Positions 52,101 through 63,598 of a stretch of 64,000 nt of DNA are shown here, piece after piece; within the stretch, counting starts at the first letter, position 1; each line of letters starts with the position of its first letter. The translations under genes were made by a program, and so were the position numbers. This DNA comes from Rotaria socialis. Lineage: Eukaryota. The stretch is taken from contig CAJNYD010000023.1 in assembly GCA_905331295.1 (NCBI GenBank), forward strand, positions 186,001-250,000. The letters are read 5' to 3'. Below the pieces are notes generated by a model. That model had not been told where the DNA came from and searched no databases. It was given only the letters and a program-made list of their open reading frames with translations.

Positions 52101-55065
52101 TTATTGGTTAGTAATACAGATTTTTTTTCATTACTCTCAACTATAAAAGGAAATTATTTTCTAGCTGAAAAATGTGCTCATCATCAATTAAAACAATGGT
52201 CTCTACATGGTATTTGTATAAATGGTTCGAAATTCTATTATAGACGGCGTACATCTGGTTCACATTGTCTTGATGATGCATCACAAGTTCAAACTGAATC
52301 ATGTTCATGTTTATTAACTGATTTTGAATGTTCACCTGGTTATCGACGTTCAAAAGATGGAATATGTTTACCAAAATCTCATTATATCTTAACGCAAGAT
52401 TGTTCTTGTCATGACAATAATACTCTTGTAACAAAACGTCGTGGTTATGTTAAACCAGAAAATAATCATTGTAATAATGGTATTGAAGATTATCTATCCG
52501 ATGCTTTTATAACACGTCGCGATCCAAATCAACCGAATTTTTTTGTTTATGGTACAAACTCACGTACAAACCGTACAATCGCTGAAATACATTCAAATGA
52601 TTTTGACCAAGAACAAGATGATGATGAAGACGATGAAGACGATGAAGTTTTAACCAAAAATGCTAATTGGTCTGTCGAGGAAGCATATGAAATAACAGCA
52701 CTTGTTTTTGATGAAAATAGTAAACAAGTCTATATGGCTGTTGAACATGATCAATCATCAATTATATATCGCATAGGAGTAAGTGACAATTGTCTGAATA
52801 TGATTTTCATCAAACCATTTTTGCTTTCATAGAAAAATCTTCGTCAAAAAACTCGTAGTAATAAAAAATTAACATTTGATTCAAATAATGAATTGTATAA
52901 AGGTGTCGATGAACGTATTGAATATTTAACTATTGACGGTTTAACACAGAATCTATATATTCTTATTCGTAATAAAAAGACGCTTCAACAAAAAATTAGT
53001 ATTCTGAATATTCGAACACATAAAAAACGCACAATTGTTAAAAATCAACATATTCAACCGTCGATACTTATTGTTGATCCAATAAAAACAAATCTTTATT
53101 GGATTTCGCATGACTCACCATCGAAATTGAATATAGGAAATCTTCAAGGACAAATTAAAAAACAAATTCAATTATTATCAACAGATTCAAATATAAGTTA
53201 TATGTCATATGATCCAATAACACATGCAATCGTATTTGTTAGTCAGTCAACTATCTATGGATTAAATACACTTGACTATCATAATAAAAATCATTTATCA
53301 TCAAGAATCATCTATGAACATTCGTCAATCATTCAAAATGCTTTATTTATTCATCCAATTCTTTATTTTACACAGGAAAATAATGATTCTGGAGCATCAC
53401 CGGTTCGTTTACATTCTATTGATATATTAGCAAAAAGTTATGCGAAAAATATGGCGAAGTTTAAAAATGTCAATTCATTAAAATTATTCGTTGATATGGC
53501 TCCCATTTTACCATTAGGTTCAAGTAATGATTTCTATTTAATAGTTTATATAAATATATACGATTGTCTGTTTAGCATCAATAACGAATCCATGTATAAA
53601 TAGTCCTTGTTCTGATTTATGTATTCCACTCGAACATGGACGATTTCGTTGTCTATGTAACGATGATGCACGGTAAGAAGAATATTATTAGATAAACTAA
53701 ATTTTTATCAATCATTCAATTGGAAAGAAAATTCATATTAGAAGTCTCGTGAAAGGTCATCTATATGAATAGGTTTTTTAATTTTGAAGTATTTGACTAT
53801 TCTGAAGTCTATATAACAATCTTATAATTTTTATCGAAATTGAAGTCATTTAGTCGATAATGATCAATCAGTTTTCTTTTCTTTAATGTATAGTTATCAA
53901 TCATGCTCGTGTCCAAGTGATGAAAAATTCATTGCAGGTGCTTGTCAAGCTAGTAAGCATGAATTTATATTTGTTTTGGAAATATCAAGCATTTCTTTGC
54001 GACTTAGAAAATGAGCAATGCGCACCTGGTCGAGTTCTCTGTCAAAACCGTATACATTGTGCTGAATCAGCTCGAATCTGTGAACAAGATCATACACAAT
54101 ATACAGAAGCATTCAAAGCTACAGCACGTTGTACAATTGATAAACCAAATGATGGTTTTGATTGCCATTATACAGGTATTGAGATAAATAATTCGAATCG
54201 TACATGTATACCAATTGAATGGCTTTGCGATGGTGCTTATGATTGTCCGTATGGTAACGATGAAGATCATTGTCATAAAATGACAACAACAATGAAACCA
54301 GCGATGAGAATACCAAGTCGATGTTTAACTGACAAGAAATGTAAGTTAACAAGAGACAAAGTTCGTTTTTGTTCTTTCTCATCTACGTATTCTTCTTTTT
54401 TTTTATCTAGTTACTCATGTAATGTGTGATCATAAATGTATAAAAATTAATGATCTTTGTCAAAATGTATCCAATGGATTATTATGTTCGGATCAATTTC
54501 ATCTCAATTGTAAACAAACACAAGAGAAAAACGAAGTAATTATTAAATAATCATGTAAACAAAAAGATAAAATTGTATCATTGTTTGTAGTATGTTTGTA
54601 AATGTTCTGATGATCGAAATCATTGTATCGGAATGATTGAACATTGTGATGAATACGAACATTGTGAACGAATATGTAAAGATTCAATTCATTATGGTAA
54701 ATTAAAAATCGTTCATAATTAAATTTTGAGGGAAAATACTTTTTTCTAAATTTTTATTACAGCTACTTCAAAATTAAATAAATTTGATGAACCATCGTCA
54801 ATAGTATGGATGATACTTATTATTATCATTCTTATGGTTCTTGTCATCGCCATTGTTCTCATTACTCTTCGCTATTTGAGTCGACGAAAAAATTCAAAAA
54901 AGAATCCAACACAAACACGTATGTTATGAAAAAAAAGAATAAAATCATCTGCATTTGACTTTAGGTACTCGAACAGAACCAGCAACAACAACAAATCATA
55001 CTTCATCAAACGATGCTCATGAACAGTTACTCAGCCAAGCTCATACAACCAACAAAACAAGCTAA
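49113..55065 (+). CDS. SorLA/SORL1-like receptor: signal peptide, VPS10 propeller, 10CC, YWTD-like propeller, EGF, LDLa repeats, TM, short tail
   Basis: Signal peptide MHRRIYCVSICVFLFIAHLGLCS; Asp-box repeats SQDFGIAW, SFDDGVTW, SSNGGRLW, STDYGRNW; 10CC CSCLLTDFECSPGY; VDPIKTNLYWIS; EGF NPCINSPCSDLCIP...RCLC; LDLa CIPIEWLCDGAYDCPYGNDEDHC; TM IVWMILIIIILMVLVIAIVLITL; stop at 55063-55065. Confidence 0.82.
49450..49672. mobile_element. Small MITE-like insertion in intron 1 of the SORL1-like gene
   Basis: Perfect 12-bp inverted termini TAGGATCAAGGA...TCCTTGATCCTA, readable as TA target site plus GGATCAAGGA TIR. The host intron is unusually long. Confidence 0.6.
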
Positions 55066-55910
55066 ACCATTCTCTTTTTACTTTCGTTTAATTTACAAGA
55101 TTAGTTTTCATGGTTTTTTTTCTCTTCGTACATTCATATCTTTACCTCATTTATTTTACGTTGTTCATCTGTCTTAAACAGGTGCAACGCAACAGTCATT
55201 TGTCGTTTTTTCTTTGTCTCTCGTTTTTTTTATATTTCCACACATGTGAAAGTACTGTGCCACAGGTTGAAGATTATGATCATGAGAAATTTCTGTCTTC
55301 TACAGCATATATGGGTTTTGTTTGTCTATTAGGTAAAATAAATAGAAGAAAGAAAACATAAATAGAAATACTATTAAATTTAATCCTATTATTATGAAAA
55401 CATCGATATAATAATTGATCGTGTATATGCTTTTGTTTCTTTCTTTTGTTTCTTTCTTTTAACCTACGAAACACGAAAAGGAAAATTCAAGTAGTAGTAG
55501 TTACACAGATCTGCAGTTTTGTCTTCATGATACTTCGTAACAGACATAGAAATAAAAAGCACGAACAAAATTTAAAAAAACGGATGTGAAAAGAAAAAAA
55601 GTGGCACACACACACGCACATATAGAAATCGAATTTGTTTTTAAAGATTTTTTTCTCGTTGTTTTTAACAGAAAAACATACAACGTGCATAGGCGCAAGA
55701 GCAGATATACTTTTAAATAAGTAAAAACAAAAATATATACGAATCATTGCGCGATTTCTTTCTGGTTTTGTCGTTTCGCAATCTATTTTCGAAAGAATAT
55801 TATGTACAAAAAGAAAAACGACAGAGACATCAAGAAACTGAACAATCAAAAACAAAAAACCGAATAAGAATTTAAAATATATGTTGGAACATGATTTATT
55901 TGTCTAAGTT

Positions 55911-58900
55911 TTAGTCGCTTTCACTTATTTCACCTTCTTCATCTTCATCGTCTTGAGAATTCGTGGGTTTGGTTTCATTCGAATAATTTGTTGCTAGTGA
56001 TCGTTTATCGTGAGTAGATAATGAATCTTCATTAACATCACTACTATTCGATATTTCACTTAATTGAGCCAATAATTTATCGCGTTTTACGAATAATTGG
56101 TCCATATCTTGAGGATCTATAACAAAATTGAAATAGTATAATTTTGCTTTTGATCTAAACTTATTGAACTTACCGGAATATTTGGTAATGGGTTTTGTTG
56201 GATTATTTATCTTTTTTTTACCGTTTGCTTCTGTTTGTTGTAATCCTCCACCTCGTCGATTATTATTCATATTTGCCGATGCCATTGTGGTATCACGTTT
56301 TGGTCGTCGAATAGAAAGACGTTCTTCGGATTCGTACTTGTATTGATTATAATTCGAATTTGGTAGATGAGGTCCAACGTTTCCCATTGCCATTGAATGC
56401 GGTTGCAAGTCATATGGTGGCCTCGTAGGTGGTGGATATCGATTGATAGGATGGTGATGACTGCGTGATGCTGATTGCATTAACGGTTGAAGTGGCGCTG
56501 GTGGATAGTAAGACGGTTGCATAAGTGGTGGATGATGATGTTGTTGATGATTATGTAGAAAATTGAATCGACCACCACCATTTGGCGGTTCAACTGGATG
56601 CATCATTGTTCGATTCGATGGTGGATAATAGGGATGATTTGGTAAGAGTGGTGGTACCGGTTGTTGATGCCCATAAGGTGGCTGTTGTTGTTGTGGAGGT
56701 AGAGATTGTGGTGGTCCTGGAAGTAAACCACCAGATTGTCTTGTTGGTGGCCAATGTGATTGATGATGAGAATGAGGATAATGATGATGTGATTGATAAT
56801 GCATTGGAGCTGATGGATAATTATTATTATTGTTATTGTTGTTGTTATTATTATTATTATTATTGTTGTTATTATTATTATTAATATTATTATTATTATT
56901 GTTGTTTTCACTAAAGCCGTTATCATCATCATCAGCAGCAGCGAAACTCTTTGAACGACGTCGTTGATGATATTTATTTGAATATCGTCTCGATGATCGA
57001 CGTCGACTGCCTCGTTTACGTGATGATGACGAAGATAATGATGAAGACGACCGAGACCGAGATCGAGAACGGGACCGAGAATGAGAACGTGTGCATGAAC
57101 GCGACCTTGACCGTGATCTTGATCTTGATCGCGAACGAGATAATGAACGACTAGGTGTAAGTACAGGCAATTTTGAGGCAGACGATGGATTTATCGCATT
57201 TTTTAATTCATCAATTAATGTCATTGAAGTTGCTTTTAAGGGTCGATTTTTAGACGCTAAGATCTTGCTTGTATCAATCAACGAAGCTGTTGTTAAATCA
57301 GCGATATTGGCATCAACTAAAACAAAGATATCGATTCGCTCATTTCTATTTTACATACAAAAGAAAATAGTTTCAATAAAAATTTTTCGATCGAAATAAA
57401 TCTAGTTCTAGTGTTTAAAAAGTGGATTGGTGAAAGTTGAGCACGGAAAGATAGAAACTGGAATTATAAGCACCGATAAAATGAGCATAGGAAAAATAAG
57501 CACGAAAGAAAAAAAACTTCAAAAAAGTAATGAATAAACATAAACCAATTTAGGTTAATTAGATCATATATAACATAACAACATAAGCATAATAAGTACG
57601 AATTCTGTACAATAGTCTAATTATTCACACTAGACGAATATAGAGAACGTAATTAATTGTGCTTTTGGGTGCGTGGTTGTTACTCTTATTTTACCGTTTA
57701 GTGATACCCACACCCACACTCTGTCATAGACTGTAAATAAATTTATTGTGTCAGTCAATACACTGTATCTGTATGAGTTTTGTTTTTTTCGTGCTTAACT
57801 TTCCTGTGCTCATCTTTCCGGTTCTCTTAAAAAGTACGTTAACAAACCTGCTCCATTACTGCCACTTTTACTGTTACTGGGTTCGACAATGGTATGATTT
57901 TGATCACTACTTTCAGATTGCGTTCGATGTTTTGGACTATCGAGTTCCATTGCTACACATTCGAAATCATCCACAGATGCTGATGGTTCTATCATATTCG
58001 TTGCATATGTTTCAACATTTGAAGCAAGACCTAACGACGCTTTTTTTTGACGTTTTAATAATTGTTCAGTGCGGCTATCAGTTGGAAGAGGTGGTGTTAT
58101 TGAACGTGGTTCATCTATTTTCGATAGTTCTTCATCAACAGCTCGCATATTTTGATGAAAGAATCGTCGAGCGTTTGAATCATCTTCTAATTCTTCATCT
58201 GACGATGCCGAATCCCAAATATTATCAGGTTTATTGATTTTCCAAGAATCTTGAAATTCATTAGAAGTGATTGGTAATGACACTACTGACTGCGAATGTG
58301 GTAGAGTTGATGAACAACTTGGTCTTGAAATAGGGCCGCTACCAGGTGGTGTCGAAAATGTTTTTCTAGAAAATGATTGTAAAACATCATTAGTTGATCC
58401 TAGAAGATTAGATTGACTGGGACGAGAATCAATAAATGATTTTGTTGATGAAGATATAGATCGAGATGATAGTGATGGTGGTGGTGGTGCTAATGGCAAT
58501 GATGGCGGTGATGGTGGTGGATACAACGTTGATGATGGGTCCTAAAAATTGAATTAGAAATATAAAATTTTTGTTTAACTTATTTTAAGAAGACGATTAT
58601 TTACCGGTGAAAGAGGTGATTGTGATTGTGAATGTTCAATACCAATTGAGACGGCACGAGGAAAATTTGAAGTTGAACGTATGTCATTATCAAGTAATGG
58701 TGGATAACGTTGATTAGATACTGATATTTGTTTTCCGACAATATTATCATCAAGACGTATAGGTGATAGTGGTGCGAATGAATCTACATTGTCCATCAGA
58801 TGTGTTGGTGCAGATCGATTTGGATGTGATGGTGAGCGACGTTTTGCAGGCGATTTGTGCATATTAGAAAGGTTCTTTTCTGACAAATTCGAAGCGTTGT

Positions 58901-60366
58901 TGTTATTAGTCAATGTATTTCCAGGCGCAAGAATATCAGACTTTTGATCAGTAAGACTTTTTGATGACATTGTTTTTTCTATAGATTTTTGTTTATTAGC
59001 TGGATTTAATTTTGGTATTTTTCCAAGTGTGACAGGTGATGGTTTGGCTGAATTTGACTCAGTTGATGGTTTAGTAGTTGCTGCTGCTGCTGCTGAATTC
59101 AGAGTATCTGACGATTTTTTCTCTGTTACTTTTGACGATGATGTGACTGAAGAAGGTCGAACAGGCTGTTTTTCACTGTTGTTATTATTTAACGGTAATT
59201 TATTTGTTGTCATCTTTATTGGTTTCTTTGGTGAAACAGTCGGAGTTAGTTTTTTTGTGGTAATCACTGTTTCTTTTTGTATAGGTATCGGTATGGGTCT
59301 GAAGAAGAGAAATTAATTTGTAAAAAAGAAAAGTAAATTAAATATTTCAGTAATACTTTTTTATTGGTTTCTGTTCGACAAGCTTATTAGTTTTAATATT
59401 AGTACTCGGTATATTATTCTTTTTTATTTGTGTTGATGATGGTACTTGCTTTAATCGTACATTTACTTTTGATTGATCATTGATATTTTGAGATTGTCTA
59501 TTAGTTGATACAATAGCATCAGTAGATGTAGTAGGTTTCCCTAAGATGATTGCAATTATGAACGATAGGTTATAAACAAAATAAACTTACTGGTAGCATC
59601 TTCATTAGTCGATAACGAAGGTAATGCCGTTTGACTTGTAGTATCACTAAAAAGAATTATAAAAAAAAGTATAATTTCTCAATATGAATTAATAAGATGT
59701 AGCTAACTACTTTGTTTGATTTTGGTCTATGGATATTGCACAAGAGCTATTTGAGGGCACAGATGTTTTATAAGAGTTTAATTTTTTTGTTGCTGTCGTT
59801 CGTTCCGGGATAGATTCTTCGATAGTAACAGATTTTTCCTGAATGTGTTCTTCACTGAATAAACAAGTCGAACTTTTTGTTGCCATTGTTGATATATCAA
59901 CAGATGTTTCATGAATAGTTTCATTACCACTTTCATTAAAGAATTGATTTGACTTTGGCATAACAGTTATTGTTGCTTTAATTGGTGATTGAACAGATAG
60001 TGCTGGTTCTGATTCAGGTATAGGCGAATAATCGAGTGATGAAGAATTTGATTGTTGATCATCACCTGTTTCATCATCATAAATATCTTGTCGAATACGA
60101 TAATTTGAACTATCTTGAACCAATGGTGGAACTGTTGCTACAATTAATGGTTCATCTTGATCATCACTACTATGTGTTTGTTCGTCTTCTTCGTTATTAA
60201 TTGGACAAGTGGGTGATGCTCGATATTGACCATCGATTTTTTGAATTTTTGTTTTTATTAATGATGTATGACCATCAGTATCTGATTTTGAATGACGATG
60301 AGAAGAGATTGAACGTTTACGTAATCGGTTTGTTAATGTTATTGTTGTTGTTGAACCTTCGTCCAT
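55911..60366 (-). CDS. Large low-complexity protein with an RS dipeptide domain, poly-Asn, a Pro/His/Gln-rich region and an acidic C-terminal EEGEI motif (unassigned)
   Basis: Long open exons (~60366-59710, ~59298-58580, ~58541-57848, 57316-55911 with a likely 57-nt intron) are joined by GT-AG introns. SRSRSRSRS tract at ~57040-57140. Ends DDEDEEGEISESD*. Confidence 0.8.
56821..56905 (-). repeat. (AAT/AAC)n coding repeat encoding poly-Asn
   Basis: tta/ttg trinucleotide run on +, translated as a long Asn tract. Confidence 0.9.
57424..57826. mobile_element. Mutator-like (MULE) non-autonomous element with a 9-bp target-site duplication, inside an intron
   Basis: Identical direct repeats TTAAAAAGT at 57415-57423 and 57827-57835. 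G...C termini. Imperfect TIRs built from GAAAGnTGAGCAC/TAAGCAC sub-repeats. Confidence 0.85.
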
Positions 60367-60619
60367 TGGAATGTTTTTTATCGGTTAACAATACGTACTA
60401 AATTGGAAAAAAATGTCCATGATGAACTGTTTCAAAAAGAATTAAAAAAGCTAAGTACCATTTAGACATTGAAACTGAATAAAATAAAAAGAATAATTTT
60501 TGCTTTCGTGATATGAAGAGTATTTAATAATCTGAAAAATAATTTCGCTACTAATATTTATCTTTTTGAAATAAAAATTGAAAGAAAATAAATCTGACGA
60601 AACAAAAGGAAAAAATAAT

Positions 60620-62496
60620 TTAAACAGTTAATGGCTGTCTTTTAAATGCTAATTCAATCATTGTTTGAGTTTGTATCCATAAATCTTGCGTTAACTGTGT
60701 ATTATAAACAAATGATGATGGAGAACCTTCATAGCAATTGTTATAATAAATAGTTGGTTCGTTTAAAACAGATTTCATTATAGAACAAAATACTGGTGTT
60801 GCTGCAGCTTGTTGCTGTTCGAATGAGAAAAACATGATTAGTTGTAGTGTGATTTTTTTTTTAAATTTTTTACCAAAGATTTCGAAAAAGGACGCGCAAT
60901 TGTAACAAAAAATCGATATAAATAGGAATTACGAGTTAAATCAGAATTGATTGCATTACCAGGATGACAAGCAACCGAATAAATTTCTACAATATGTAAC
61001 AATTATATTACTATGAAATATATTTTGCAATACAACAAACGTGGATAATTTCGTCGAAATTCAGCAATAAACATAATTAAGCAAAGTTTCGATTGACCAT
61101 AAGCAAGTAAATTATCAAAATGATGTGGTGAACGCGGACTTAGTCGATCCAATATAATACCGTTGAGCATTGAAATACCTGGACTTCTAATTGCATGGAA
61201 TCAATGAGTAAACTGTTTAATAAAAAAAAACAAATTTAATTATTTACTCTACGCGGTGCGATTCACAACTAATAGCAATAACACGAGGTGGACTATCACT
61301 TTTTGTGGTTATCATCGAGGTAAGTAATCCAACTGTCAAATAGGCTTGTGCCATATAATTAACTTGAAACATTTCTTCATAACCATTTTCAGTTAGTTTA
61401 AATCTTGTATTTAAAACGCCAGCATTTAATATAAGCAGATGCAATGGCCTAGAAAATAAATTCTATTAAGAACTAATAATGGTAGTGAAATAGTAACAAG
61501 AATAAAGAAATGCAAATATCAATTATGTTAATTGTCTATACTATGTTGAATAACACTTACAAAGATTCTTGTCGATATTGTTCAGCAAATTGTTTAACAT
61601 TACGTAATGAACATAGATCTAATTTTCGACAACTGACATTTGCATTTTCCTGAAATATTTCAATTATTTTCAAATATACATTCTTAACAAAGATATAGAA
61701 GTAATTACCTGCTCTTTAATAATTTTTGCACAAGCAGCTTCACCCTTCGCCATGTTTCGACAAGCTAGTATAACTTGACAACCATGTTTTGCGAATGAAC
61801 GTGCAATTTCAAAACCTATTCAAATATTCGACTATAATCATTTCGAAGGTCACATACGATATCTACCTATGCCAGTATTAGCACCAGTCACGATAGCTGT
61901 TTTATTAGTGAGATCCATTCCATAAAGAATTTGCAATGCATTTGATTGATGTCCGAAATTTGAACTAGAATCTTTTGTTACTGGATTCTTCGTATATGCC
62001 AGACGAGGATCTCCAGTGGTAATAATTTTATGTTGTTCACTAAATATAGAAATGATATTCACGTCTCTATGAATTTGTGGGAAATCTTCCAAGTATTTGT
62101 AAGAAACAATATTACACTCTTTATCATTGCTAGTCGAATACTAACTATTGTTTTTAATGGGAAATTGAATAATCAAAAGGACTTGGAGTCTTCTGATTTT
62201 CAAGTCAATAATTATAAGAAATGATTAAACATACTCGATATATAGAACTGTTCCATCTTTTTCAATTACTTCTTTCCAACCAAATGGTAAATCTAATAAA
62301 CGAAACAAAACAAAAAAGATAAACGAAACATTTGAGATTTTCCCTATCTACCTGGTGGTATAATTTTAATTTTTTTTGTAATAGGATGTTCCCATTGTGT
62401 GTTTTTTGTTTGATGATCAATATAAAATATTCGTCCATCATGTGTCTTACCCATTTCCCAATTACTTGAAAGTTCATCGTCAGATTCATCGTTCAT
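60620..62496 (-). CDS. WWOX: WW domain-containing oxidoreductase, multi-exon
   Basis: [38 protein letters not shown] (WW1); DLPFGWKE...DPRLAY (WW2); SDR domain with [28 protein letters not shown] (YxxxK), [26 protein letters not shown]. Confidence 0.95.
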
Positions 62497-62638
62497 TCTA
62501 TTAGCTTATCTAAAAACAAACCAACAAACAAACGTTCTTATTTTGATCGGTACTAAAAAGAGAGAAAACATCACACAACGATAACAAGCAGAGAAAAGTG
62601 ATCATTTCAAAAGTCAAATAATAGGTTTCTATTTTATT

Positions 62639-63130
62639 TTAATTTTCTTTATCAACTAAAACGCCTGAATCTTGTGGTTCCTTCTTTGTTGCTCCCGAAT
62701 CAGCAGCGTTGCCAGCAGATTGTGAACCTTGCTGCTGTTGTGTTGGTCGTTCATAAGAAAAGTGAATATCATACTTTTGTTTATAAGCAGTTAATTCTTT
62801 TGCTTTTTCTTCAGTCTTTTGTTTAAAACTTTCAATAACATTATTTATTTGTTCACGATTTCCTTGAAGTGCTGGTACAACTTCTCCAACGGTATGTTCA
62901 ATAAGAACACCACCAATCATACGATAGCAACGACGTTGTTTATCCGTTATTGTCGATAATGTGGAAAGAACAAGATCATGCTCTTTTAAATCCGTTTCTA
63001 AATCTTGAGTTTTTTGTACTAATTGTGTTTGTTCATCACGTAAAGCTTGAAAACCCGACACAATTTTTTGTTGTTCTTCAGCAGTTAAAGCTGGTTTTTT
63101 TCCAGATGATGCAGTAGTTTTACTCGACAT
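62639..63130 (-). CDS. PFDN2: Prefoldin subunit 2
   Basis: Intronless 163-aa ORF containing FQALRDEQ...LKEHDLV...RRCYRMIGGVLIEHTVGEVVPAL. Confidence 0.95.
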   Translation of the reverse strand: MSSKTTASSGKKPALTAEEQQKIVSGFQALRDEQTQLVQKTQDLETDLKEHDLVLSTLSTITDKQRRCYRMIGGVLIEHTVGEVVPALQGNREQINNVIESFKQKTEEKAKELTAYKQKYDIHFSYERPTQQQQGSQSAGNAADSGATKKEPQDSGVLVDKEN

Positions 63131-63598
63131 CTAGAATATAATTTAGAGTATAATCTTACTTATACATATTTTTAGCAGTTTAAATTTGGAAATCAGAAAT
63201 TTATATTATCTTCTTAGAAGAAATAAATCTGCAAATGCCAATAAATATTACGAATACTGACGTTAGTGGATCATTGATGACATCATACCCGTGAAAAGAA
63301 AAAATTAAGAGACAAACAAACAAGAAGAAACAAACACATATGTAAAGTACCAATGAAAAATGATATGACAACCTCTAAAACTATTATTTTTATGTAGTCG
63401 AGAATTAAAATTTTTTCTGACGAGCCAAATGATAATAAATATCAAAGAAGAAGATAATTTAGACAATGTAGATGTCACCAGTTGAAATGTGGCTGTAGTC
63501 AAGTGAACGATCGGATCGATGAAATTATGTGAACCAATAAAATAATTGCCATATAGCTAAAAGAACGATCAGTATCCCTGGATTAGTATCAAAAAGAA

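Noticed and set aside
56118..56174. Apparent continuous ORF through KFNKFRSKAKLYYFNFVI
   Set aside because: It has gtaagt...ttttgttatag boundaries and is most simply a 57-nt intron that happens to be in frame and stop-free.
56164..59316. Multiple plus-strand ORFs, including the RDLDRDLD-type ORF at 57091-57399
   Set aside because: Antisense or alternative-frame readings of low-complexity exons of the minus-strand gene.
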